Source of the DNA: Candidatus Thorarchaeota archaeon
GTDB lineage: Archaea; Asgardarchaeota; Thorarchaeia; Thorarchaeales; Thorarchaeaceae
Assembly (NCBI GenBank): GCA_004524565.1
Contig: SDNZ01000001.1
Location: 12,455 to 76,454 of the forward strand
Direction: 5' to 3'
Length of the DNA stretch: 64,000 nucleotides
In this document: one piece after another, positions 1-8,215 of the stretch
Layout: every line of letters starts with the position of its first letter
How positions within the stretch are numbered: position 1 is the stretch's first letter
The notes under the pieces: generated by a model
Database searches by the model: none
Seen by the model: only the letters and a program-made list of their open reading frames with translations
Told to the model about the DNA's origin: nothing
Program-made: the position numbers and the translations under genes

Positions 1-600
1 GAGTTGCTGTACCATCGCGTAACCAGCGACTCACATTAGCCGCAGGGATTTTAGCTATGTCTTCCTTCTCAAATGGTCCGTGTGTCTTTTCATCAAGTCC
101 CATGAATGGCTCCTTGATTGGCTGTAGGAATCGGACTATGATATAATCAATATCTTCTATATCATCGTCTAGGTCTGCATCAGTCGACTTCTTTGTAGTT
201 TTTTCTTTCTTCGTCCTTGGCTTGGATAGTGGAGTTGTCCCTGAGAGAGATTCTTTTACAAATTCAGCATGATTGTCAAGTGCACGTTGAGTGTCTTTGT
301 AAAATCCTTCTTCGGCCAGAGTCATATCGCCTGTTGGTTTACGATTGGAGAACACTGCCTTCAGTATCTTGTCTCTTCGATAGTCTAGTAAATCCTTTAA
401 CATGAATTCTATGTTTAGAGCTTCTTGGGTCAGTATATCAGATTGTAAGACATCATCCGCATTTGTTGAGGCTAGTTCGAGGCGTACCTTGGAGAGATAT
501 GCCACCATTTTGCTCAGTCGTAAATCTGCAAGGTTTTGTAGAGCTTCACTTGATGTTTCATCTTCCCATGCATTTCGTATATCGTCATAGTTTATTTCAC
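1..600 (-). CDS. GINS subunit Gins51(Gins15)-like. Partial: the 3' end runs off the window. The start is uncertain (a TTG overlapping the priS stop in a TTGA junction, or the ATG at 508).
   Basis: Minus-strand frame immediately downstream of priS translates without stops. It gives '...IDYIIVRFLQPIKEPFMGLDEKTHGPFEKEDIAKIPAANVSRWLRDGTA...'. This matches the GINS B-domain pattern (V.FL.D.P.F.G.D...GPF..GD...LP..NA..L...G.A). A gins51-priS linkage is conserved in many archaea. Confidence 0.45.
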
Positions 601-2078
601 TCAAGCAAAGCGACCCCCTTAGATAGTACAAAGACCGCAGCAGCAGTTGGCAGTGTTTCAGACTCGCCACTGAAAGGTCCATACTTTTCATCATTGATTA
701 CGAATACTGGAATATTGGGACCCTTATGAAATCTAACATTCAAAGTCCCTTCATTAAAAGCTATAGATTCTGTGAATGGATTAAAAGTGTCTAGGCTATC
801 TCGAGTCAGTTCAGTCACTGTGAAACCAGTCTTACCGTTGAGACTACCAATCAGGCGAATGACTCTGTGGATATCATGAGTGACTGGTCTATCGATTTCG
901 CTTCCAAAGGTCTCCACAGCTTTCTCTGCTATTTCCTGCCAAGATTTTATTCCAACGCCCTTGACCTTAGCACTCAACACAGGTCGCGGTCTCTGGAGCA
1001 TATCTATTGCAATGATTTTCTTATCTTTGAGAGGCTTTACCCATTTTTCTCGACCTGTATAGGTATCGATATTCTGAATGAATTCTATCATCGCATCAGC
1101 GACTTTACCAGACCAACCGGGAATGTCTCGAGATGGGATTAGGCTTCCACCCCTCTGTGAAATGATGGCCTTGTCACCTCTAAATCCAGAACCCATGATA
1201 TAATGTACTATCTCTATACGTGCATTAGAATCAAGAGTATAGACTTTTGGATCACGAACTCGGATGTGGTATCCGCGATGGCCACTATAATTGATTTGTA
1301 TCTTATCTGGATCAAAACCAAAATCATCTACTAAGAAGTCATCATAGAGCTTCATCGTATGTTTTCGAGCTACATTGAGACAATCTTTGCAGATCCATTT
1401 TCTTGTACTGAACCCATACAATTTTCGGGAAGTACTGGATTTGCATTTAGGACATGCTTTCGGTAAATCACCACTTCCTATCTCACCACATGTTGGATCG
1501 TCACAATACCAAGCATCACCACAGACTGGACATATTTCAGGAGGTTTCCCAGTTCCTGTTTTTCTACAGGTGGGATTATTGCAGCGCCAAGCATCATGGT
1601 CATTTGCACATTTCAAATCCAGATGATCAGCATCAATATCAAAGACGAGTTCAGCTCCCATCCATTCTTTTTCGTGCATCTTTATTGCAGTAGGAAATCC
1701 ATAGAATGCAGCTGAATGGTATATACTGTGTGGTGCTATTTTGGCTAGATTTCGTAGAAGATCGTCACTGGATTTGTAGCCTTCATGCCGTGTCCAGTTA
1801 GTGACATTGACAGCCTTAGAACCACAGCTTGGACATTTTGTTACAGGCTGGAAAGATTTTCCCGACTTCCCGCAACCTGTTCGTACTTCTTTTCCAGAAT
1901 CATCACGACCAGATTGCTCTCGACAACGCCAGTTGTACTCCCATGCTTGAATCGCAAATTCGCGCGTGTGAATTCGATCAGGTGTATCAATAGACTTTGG
2001 TTTTTCAGAGTAGTACTCATGGAATAGAAGCCTTAGCTTCATGATCGTCGTTGTCTTGCCCTGATTCTGTACTGACAT
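597..2078 (-). CDS. priS: DNA primase small (catalytic) subunit PriS. It carries extra Cys-rich inserts.
   Basis: 493-aa ORF with 'AELVFDIDADHLDL', the AEP primase catalytic motif, and 'LRLLFHEYY' N-terminal primase small-subunit motif. It has several CxxC...CxxC clusters. Confidence 0.85.
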   Translation of the reverse strand: MSVQNQGKTTTIMKLRLLFHEYYSEKPKSIDTPDRIHTREFAIQAWEYNWRCREQSGRDDSGKEVRTGCGKSGKSFQPVTKCPSCGSKAVNVTNWTRHEGYKSSDDLLRNLAKIAPHSIYHSAAFYGFPTAIKMHEKEWMGAELVFDIDADHLDLKCANDHDAWRCNNPTCRKTGTGKPPEICPVCGDAWYCDDPTCGEIGSGDLPKACPKCKSSTSRKLYGFSTRKWICKDCLNVARKHTMKLYDDFLVDDFGFDPDKIQINYSGHRGYHIRVRDPKVYTLDSNARIEIVHYIMGSGFRGDKAIISQRGGSLIPSRDIPGWSGKVADAMIEFIQNIDTYTGREKWVKPLKDKKIIAIDMLQRPRPVLSAKVKGVGIKSWQEIAEKAVETFGSEIDRPVTHDIHRVIRLIGSLNGKTGFTVTELTRDSLDTFNPFTESIAFNEGTLNVRFHKGPNIPVFVINDEKYGPFSGESETLPTAAAVFVLSKGVALLE

Positions 2079-2183
2079 CGATTACAAGCACACCTCTCAC
2101 AGACTTTTGTGTTTCGACTCAGCAGGTAGTTAGTGTTTTGACTAATCCTGCCATATGATTGTGACCATGAACCCAGTTATGGT

Positions 2184-2942
2184 CTATCTGCGTTCAACAC
2201 GTGGTGCTAGAATGAAACTGATATTCCCTGCTTCAGCAATTGGAAACTCCAGCATCATTGGTTTGCTTTCTGTGAATTGAAGAATAATACTATCACTAGC
2301 TATTGCCTTTGATATCTCAGCTAGATAATTAAGCGCGTACATAGCAGCAGATTGACCAGATCCAACCTTTAGTTGGAAAAGAGCAGGATCTTCACCTTCA
2401 GTGGTTAGAGAAACTCTTGCTTCTCCTGTATCACCTTCACCTGTAAAAGTAAGTAGATTCTTTTCTGCACTTATCTTTACATGACTAGAAACAACACCAA
2501 TATCTTTGATTGCTTGTTTGAATGCATCTGCATACATCTCAGCCTTTACACCAAATTCCATACCGGGTTTGTTTGTCTGACTATCTGGAGGAGTAAGAAG
2601 TTGGAGTTTGAACTGTCGTTCTGCTTGACCAATCATCTTAATCTCAAGTCGTTTATCAGTTTCGTCAAGGTTGAACTCCAGTCGTTCATCACCGCCCATC
2701 CGTTTGCTGACTCGGACAAGTTCATCGATACCAAGGCACACATCATACTCTCCTTTACAGGAATATTCCTGAAAAACCGCGGATGGAAGACTCAGGTCAA
2801 CCATAGCAGCCTTGGATGAATCAAGTTGCCTCAATATTATTCCTGATTCAGATACTCTAAAATGCGCTTCAGTCAACAAAGTGGCTAAAGCATCTACTAT
2901 CTGTTTCCAGGTCTTCGTGCTGTCAAGGGTAGCGTGGAACAT
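2184..2942 (-). CDS. pcna: PCNA sliding clamp, paralog 1.
   Basis: 252 aa, 'MFHATLDSTKTWKQIVDALATLL...'. Typical PCNA length. Ends in 'FILAPRVE'. Confidence 0.9.
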   Translation of the reverse strand: MFHATLDSTKTWKQIVDALATLLTEAHFRVSESGIILRQLDSSKAAMVDLSLPSAVFQEYSCKGEYDVCLGIDELVRVSKRMGGDERLEFNLDETDKRLEIKMIGQAERQFKLQLLTPPDSQTNKPGMEFGVKAEMYADAFKQAIKDIGVVSSHVKISAEKNLLTFTGEGDTGEARVSLTTEGEDPALFQLKVGSGQSAAMYALNYLAEISKAIASDSIILQFTESKPMMLEFPIAEAGNISFILAPRVERR

Positions 2943-3075
2943 TATTCAGTTATCTCCAATATCATTGTTAGGCTTTTGACCAAGCAAGTATGAACATGTT
3001 TTGAAATGCGGTATGGCATTTAAAATGTACTTCTCGGCAGATGCAAGTATCAATTTGTAGTGAAATGTGGATACT

Positions 3076-3831
3076 TTATCTTCTCTCCACTCGCGGAGCA
3101 AGAAGATACCGCATCCCACCACTCTCAGCAATTGAAAACTCTAGCAGAATCGGTTTATACGCAGTCATCCGAAGAGTCAAACTATCACCAGACATGGCCT
3201 TGGCTATCTCTGTCAGATAACTTAGTGCGTACATGGAAGTGGCTTCATTCATTGTCCTGAGACTAAAGAGAGATGACTCATCACCACCAAGTTTCAGAAC
3301 TACTTCAACTTCACCTGTATCACCAGCACCCGCGAATGTTAGTGTATCAGAACTGGCAGTGATCTTTAGATGATTTGAAACCACTCCAATATCTTTTACC
3401 ATATGTTTGAATGCATCAGTGAGCATTTCAGCTTGGATGTCAAAAGTCGGTGATATCTTCTGAGTACGTTCTTCTGGAGGGGTCAACAGTTGGAGCTTGA
3501 AGGTTCTCTCAGCAAGGCCAATCATTTTGATCTCAAACCGTTTCTCGGATTCATCAAGATTGAATACTAATCTATCATCTCCAGCCATTCGTTTACTTAC
3601 TTTTACTACTTCTGCGACTCCTAAACATATGTCATGCTCCTCAGTGCAGGTGTATTGTTGGAAAATGCTTCTTGGTAATTCCATATCAACCATAGCGGCA
3701 CGCGAAGAATCGTATTGTGTTAATGTAATTCCACTAGATGATACCACCAAGTGGATTTCCGTAAGCAAAGTGGCTAGTGCATCAACTATTTGCTTCCAAA
3801 CTTTTGTACTATCAAGTGTAGCATAAAACAT
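3076..3831 (-). CDS. pcna: PCNA sliding clamp, paralog 2, a tandem duplicate.
   Basis: 251 aa. It aligns collinearly with the upstream PCNA ('MFYATLDSTKVWKQIVDALATLL...KMIGLAERTFKLQLLTPPE'), with more than 60% identity by eye. Confidence 0.9.
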   Translation of the reverse strand: MFYATLDSTKVWKQIVDALATLLTEIHLVVSSSGITLTQYDSSRAAMVDMELPRSIFQQYTCTEEHDICLGVAEVVKVSKRMAGDDRLVFNLDESEKRFEIKMIGLAERTFKLQLLTPPEERTQKISPTFDIQAEMLTDAFKHMVKDIGVVSNHLKITASSDTLTFAGAGDTGEVEVVLKLGGDESSLFSLRTMNEATSMYALSYLTEIAKAMSGDSLTLRMTAYKPILLEFSIAESGGMRYLLAPRVERR

Positions 3832-3840
3832 TACTAATCA

Positions 3841-4215
3841 TCATCCACTCATCGTTTTTTGGACTTCATCTTCCATCTCGAGAATTTCTTTGTACAAGCC
3901 AATATCCAACTTTTCTATATCATGAATAATAGTTGCATTCAATCTTGCTTCTTTCGTATCTTTTTCTGTTTTTGTGGTGACGTCACCAATAATGAGGTAT
4001 TTTTTCTTTAGTTCTAGAGTTCCTTCGACACTTACCCAAATACTTCCAGCTTTGTCAACTTCTGAATCATATAGATCTTGAATAAGAGCTGCACCAGGGC
4101 TTGAATTAACGACTATTCCTAACACCCGAACAGGGCCATCAATCGAAGGTGAGATATTACGAATAGTAGTGAGTTTAGCTGGTGCTTTTCTGATGTACTT
4201 CTTTTCTTCGGTCAA
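3841..4215 (-). CDS. Small OB-fold-like nucleic-acid-binding protein (possibly RPA-associated). Function unknown.
   Basis: 124-aa ORF. The beta-rich pattern 'VRVLGIVVN...GSIWVSVEGTLELKKKYLIIGDV' resembles tRNA_anti/RPA-type OB folds. The call rests on pattern recognition only. Confidence 0.3.
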   Translation of the reverse strand: MTEEKKYIRKAPAKLTTIRNISPSIDGPVRVLGIVVNSSPGAALIQDLYDSEVDKAGSIWVSVEGTLELKKKYLIIGDVTTKTEKDTKEARLNATIIHDIEKLDIGLYKEILEMEDEVQKTMSG

Positions 4216-4302
4216 TTCACATACGCCCTGTTGGTCATCAAAGATTGAAGATTTTAGTCGTCTCTAGTTCATCATCAAGTGGCGCTATAAATGTGTAGTA
4301 AA

Positions 4303-4623
4303 CTAATATCTTCTCCAAGTATGTTTACACTTTGTACATCTATAGAACTCGGTTGCACCTTCGTCACCACGCCTTGTCTGCACGGTCCAATAATACGCAT
4401 CAGTATTGTCACACTTCGGACAGCTAGCTTTGGTGACGGGCATCGGAATAGAGTCATCCTCAACTACAATGATTTTATCTCGTGGGCCTTTCTCAATATT
4501 CTGGGAAACTTTTAGCTTTCCTTCAATTTCCTTTGTGTGTTCACAACTACGGCATTTCAAGACTCTCGTACCGTCTTCCTGTGCGAACGGAACCATCATT
4601 GCACCACATTTTTCACAGAATTC
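4303..4623 (-). CDS. tfs: Transcription factor S / RNAP subunit M, with a TFIIS-type zinc ribbon.
   Basis: N-terminal 'MEFCEKCGAMM...CRSC' ribbon and C-terminal 'CPKCDNTDAYYWTVQTRRGDEGATEFYRCTKCKHTW', the TFIIS-type Zn ribbon. The ORF-track start at 4668 is probably 15 codons too long. Confidence 0.8.
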   Translation of the reverse strand, partial: EFCEKCGAMMVPFAQEDGTRVLKCRSCEHTKEIEGKLKVSQNIEKGPRDKIIVVEDDSIPMPVTKASCPKCDNTDAYYWTVQTRRGDEGATEFYRCTKCKHTWRRY

Positions 4624-4699
4624 CATTGAACGACTCACCACTTCAACGTCGCAATCATTGGTTGTCAATTAAGCGTTTTGACTTGTCTTATTTTCAAAA

Positions 4700-5110
4700 C
4701 TAAGGAAGGTTGTCAATATTACTTTCCAAAAATTTTTGAAAAGCAACTGCAGCTATCACACCTTCTTTCTTTCGACTGGTGATGCTTGTAATCTTCAGGG
4801 ATTCAGAAAGAGAGTCAACCATATCGGAAATTGTAATTTTTTCAGTCATCCACAAATAGGCCATAATTGCTTCATAGGCATCGGCAGCTCTTCCAGCATC
4901 AGTGCGACGATTCATATAGTGATATACAGATGTTGACCGTATTGCACGAGCAAGGACACTATCACGTACTTTTTCACCTGTTGCCTGACCTAGAACCAAA
5001 GATTTAGCTAGAGAGTAGCAAAAATTGACGAGACCGTCACCTACTTTTGCTAGACCCTTATCGTGCATGATGCTTTCGACATTCTTGTGTTCAACAAAGG
5101 TTTCCCACAT
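4700..5110 (-). CDS. Small RNase III-like (Mini-III-like) domain protein, putative.
   Basis: 136 aa. 'GLAKVGDGLVNF' resembles the RNase III signature (E.L.[FL]GD..L). 'DAYEAIMAYLWM' resembles the second conserved helix (D..EA..GA.YL). Recognition is weak. Confidence 0.35.
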   Translation of the reverse strand: MWETFVEHKNVESIMHDKGLAKVGDGLVNFCYSLAKSLVLGQATGEKVRDSVLARAIRSTSVYHYMNRRTDAGRAADAYEAIMAYLWMTEKITISDMVDSLSESLKITSITSRKKEGVIAAVAFQKFLESNIDNLP

Positions 5111-5138
5111 TCGGGACCACCAAGTATGGATGCTGGTA

Positions 5139-5429
5139 CTAGTCTACGCTGTGATCAGAAATTGCTTGCTTGAACTTCTTTCTGAATTCTTCAGTACGAG
5201 CAAGCATTTTTTCAAGTGCTTCTCGAAGCACAACATTGGATTGGCGTCTTTTTGTTCGCAATGTAACAATAGGACTTGCTAGTAATGGGTGGTCAATGTT
5301 GTATCCTGCAAATTCCACAGATGACTCTTCGAGGAGTGTTTTTCGTAGAAGATTTGGGAAAGAATGACCTTCTCCACCAATCTCAAATTTCATCTCAAAT
5401 TTTGTATTTTCTATTGTTCTTGGTTTCAA
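5139..5429 (-). CDS. rpoL: DNA-directed RNA polymerase subunit L (Rpo11/Rpb11 homolog).
   Basis: 96 aa. 'MKFEIGGEGHSFPNLLR...VEFAGYNIDHPL' matches the Rpo11 'E..GEDHTLGNLL...V.FA.Y...HPL' pattern. Confidence 0.75.
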   Translation of the reverse strand: MKPRTIENTKFEMKFEIGGEGHSFPNLLRKTLLEESSVEFAGYNIDHPLLASPIVTLRTKRRQSNVVLREALEKMLARTEEFRKKFKQAISDHSVD

Positions 5430-6184
5430 TTACGACGCCTCCTATCGTTTTGGCGGTCATGCCCACCACGACCTCTATCAGATCGCCCACCTCTACTACG
5501 GTCATCATATCTTCCACCGCCTCTACGATCGTCTCTTTGGTCGTATCCATCTCGGTCATAAGATCTGCGGCGGGGAGCAAGATCAGGTCTTGCTTCAAGG
5601 CCAAACTGTTGGCCATAATCACTTGCTACTTCGCGATTTTCGCGATTTTCACACCTAAGGCAGAACATATTGTTGTACGTGGTCAATGTGAGGGGATTTC
5701 CACATCTAGAACATTTCGCCAAAATCACGCCTAGCTCAGGACCTATGACCGTAAGCTCGGTGGGTATCTTATGAGTGTTAATAGCTTTTGCTCGGATAAT
5801 ATCAGTCCCGCGCATTACATCGTGCATACTCTTAACGAATCGCCGAGTTACATTACTGATATGGATTTCACCGTATATACCACTGTGAACGTCTTCATCA
5901 TTCCTTCGAACTATGGCGATTTCAGCGCGCTGCTCGTAAGCATTGACAACCTCTCCAAGTAGAATGTCATCAACGACTGGAAGTGCCAGCTTCATATTTC
6001 CATCTGTATCAAGGACACTGATACTACGTTGTTTAAGGTCCATTGAAACTGCACCAGGTGCCGCAGCATATACAATGCCATCATTTTCATATGTACCATA
6101 ACTTGGTGATAGTTCTTCAATTACGCATAACTGATCACCTGGTACTACAATGTCGCCGCTCTTAACATCAGCCATTCTGTTCAC
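5426..6184 (-). CDS. csl4: Exosome RNA-binding subunit Csl4 (S1 domain plus Zn ribbon), with a C-terminal RG/RD-rich low-complexity tail.
   Basis: 'GDIVVPGDQL' start, S1-like core, and 'CSRCGNPL...CLRCEN' zinc ribbon. It is adjacent to rpoL, a conserved archaeal linkage. The last ~55 aa are 'RRRSYDRDGYDQRDDRRGGGRYDDRSRGGRSDRGRGGHDRQNDRRRRN'. Confidence 0.7.
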   Translation of the reverse strand: MNRMADVKSGDIVVPGDQLCVIEELSPSYGTYENDGIVYAAAPGAVSMDLKQRSISVLDTDGNMKLALPVVDDILLGEVVNAYEQRAEIAIVRRNDEDVHSGIYGEIHISNVTRRFVKSMHDVMRGTDIIRAKAINTHKIPTELTVIGPELGVILAKCSRCGNPLTLTTYNNMFCLRCENRENREVASDYGQQFGLEARPDLAPRRRSYDRDGYDQRDDRRGGGRYDDRSRGGRSDRGRGGHDRQNDRRRRN

Positions 6185-6806
6185 ACTCTTTGGAACATAT
6201 TCGATAAAGGTCTACATCGATCATATGTACATGCTTTTTATGATAATCGTACAATTTGCCGATTGGAAATTGGAATGTTTCGATTTGTGTTACCTTTGCG
6301 CCAAGTTTTTCAACTTCCTGTTCCAGGAAAGTTCTATTCTTGTCACCCGCAAGGTGGATACTATAGGTCACCTTAGCAACCGAGATAGCCTTTTTGAGGA
6401 ATCTCAGGTCAGCACCTCTCTTCTTTACTCCGAACGGGGGATTGCTGACTACAGTATCAATAAGACAGTGTAGCTGCAAAGAGGATACATCCCCTAACAC
6501 CCAGTCTACAGTGCCTTCTGTTCCGAGCAGTCGTGAATTCATTTGTGACGCCTTTAAGGCTTTGCTTTGCACATCAATTCCAATCACTCTCCGAGCTCCT
6601 AGCAATGCTGCACCAAGAGCAAAAATACCGTCACCACATCCGAGGTCAATCACAACCTTATCAGTAATATCTCCATGTTCCATTTGTGCGGCAAACAGAA
6701 TCGCAGAAGCAATGTTTGAGGGGGTTGGATATTGTTCCAAAGAGACCTCATACTCACTAGATCTTTTAATCGACTCCAGTGTGATTTCTAAATCCCTAAG
6801 GCGCAA
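6168..6806 (-). CDS. METTL5-like class I SAM-dependent N6-adenine methyltransferase.
   Basis: 'VIDLGCGDGIFALGAALLGA' SAM-binding motif I and 'NPPFG', the amino-methyltransferase motif IV. 212 aa. Confidence 0.6.
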   Translation of the reverse strand: MRLRDLEITLESIKRSSEYEVSLEQYPTPSNIASAILFAAQMEHGDITDKVVIDLGCGDGIFALGAALLGARRVIGIDVQSKALKASQMNSRLLGTEGTVDWVLGDVSSLQLHCLIDTVVSNPPFGVKKRGADLRFLKKAISVAKVTYSIHLAGDKNRTFLEQEVEKLGAKVTQIETFQFPIGKLYDYHKKHVHMIDVDLYRICSKECEQNG

Positions 6807-6902
6807 AGGATACTCACCACATTATAACATTACACGAGATTCTTTGTAAGATGAATGATACTGTATGACAGCAATGGTAATACGTAAGCTTATCAGGTGT
6901 AC

Positions 6903-6937
6903 ACGTTCCATACGTTCCACAGGAAATGCAGTGGAAC
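6903..6937. promoter_or_regulatory. ORB-like dyad element at the 5' end of orc1-1. A candidate origin recognition box.
   Basis: 'ACGTTCCAtACGTTCCACAGGAAATGCAGTGGAAC'. It contains a direct repeat of ACGTTCCA and a perfect 7-bp inverted repeat, GTTCCAC...GTGGAAC. The core TTCCACAGGAAA resembles the archaeal mini-ORB TTCCAGTGGAAA. Confidence 0.35.
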
Positions 6938-6952
6938 TACCCTTTCCTTCTA

Positions 6953-8215
6953 ATGGAGCGCGAAATGATGGAGAAACCTCTAGACAAGCTGTTTGACAAG
7001 TTCTTGCAGGGCCAGGGAATATTCAAGGATAGAGATGCCCTGAGACCTACATATGTTCCAAATGATCTTCCGTATCGTGGTGAGCAGATGGGAAGAATAG
7101 GGTCGATTCTAGGACCTGCTCTTCGAGGTGCACCTCCTTCCAATATACTGTGCTATGGAAAAACTGGTACCGGAAAAACAGTGGTTTCAAGATACGTTCT
7201 TGAACAATTGGTTAACAAGGCAGTAGAGAGTAAAGTAAACGCGCCTCTTACAGCACATGTCAACTGTCGTATCGTGGGAACAAATTATCGGGTTCTCAAG
7301 ACACTCTGTGATGCCATTGGTGCAACCATGCAAGATGGATCTGATGTTCCATTCACTGGACTTCCAACAGATGAGATCAGATCAATCTTCAAGAAACAGC
7401 TTGAGTCAGACTCGAAAATTATGGTTGTTGTCTTGGATGAAGTAGATAGTCTTGTAAAACGTGATGTAAATCAAGGAAACGATATTCTCTATGGTCTCAC
7501 ACGAATGAACAGTGAGCTTGATAGAAGTCGTATTTCGATTATTGGAATAAGTAACGATCTCACCTTCAAGGATATGTTGGATCCAAGAGTGCTATCTACA
7601 CTTGGTGAAGAAGAGGTCATCTTTGCACCATATAATGCAGTAGAACTAAAAGGAATCCTTCAACAGCGTGTAGAGATTGCCTTTCATCCAGGCGTGATAG
7701 GAGATGAAGGAGTCATCAATCTAGTGGGAGCCCTAGCCGCTCAGGAACACGGAGATGCTCGACGTGCACTAGATTTACTGAGAACTGCAGGAGAATTAGC
7801 AGAGAGACGAGGAGATGAGAGGGTACTTCAAGATCACGTTCGAGAAGCTCAGAAGGTAATTGAAAGAGATGCAATTACTGATACCGTAAAGACTCTTCCA
7901 ATGCAATCAAAGGCAGTCCTATTTTCTGTTTACGTTTTAGCTGACAAGGGACAGAACGACATATACACAGGTGAGTGCTTCAACGTCTACTCCGAAATCG
8001 CAAAATCATTATCACTAGACACCCTCACCCAGAGACGTGTTTCTGACTTGATATCTGAACTGGATATGATGGGGTTGATTAATACGACTGTAATTTCGAA
8101 AGGACGTTATGGTCGTACAAAGAAAATCAAACTTGCAGTCAGTAAGAAACAGATAGGAGCTATTTTAGCCGATGATACTAGACTTAGCAAAGCCGCAAGG
8201 GATATCATTGGTTAG
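6953..8215 (+). CDS. orc1: Orc1/Cdc6 replication initiator, copy 1.
   Basis: 'YGKTGTGKT' Walker A, AAA+ core and a C-terminal winged helix. The ORF-track start at 6926 lies inside the ORB-like dyad. The ATG at 6953 (MEREMMEK) is the more plausible start. Confidence 0.9.
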   Translation: MEREMMEKPLDKLFDKFLQGQGIFKDRDALRPTYVPNDLPYRGEQMGRIGSILGPALRGAPPSNILCYGKTGTGKTVVSRYVLEQLVNKAVESKVNAPLTAHVNCRIVGTNYRVLKTLCDAIGATMQDGSDVPFTGLPTDEIRSIFKKQLESDSKIMVVVLDEVDSLVKRDVNQGNDILYGLTRMNSELDRSRISIIGISNDLTFKDMLDPRVLSTLGEEEVIFAPYNAVELKGILQQRVEIAFHPGVIGDEGVINLVGALAAQEHGDARRALDLLRTAGELAERRGDERVLQDHVREAQKVIERDAITDTVKTLPMQSKAVLFSVYVLADKGQNDIYTGECFNVYSEIAKSLSLDTLTQRRVSDLISELDMMGLINTTVISKGRYGRTKKIKLAVSKKQIGAILADDTRLSKAARDIIG

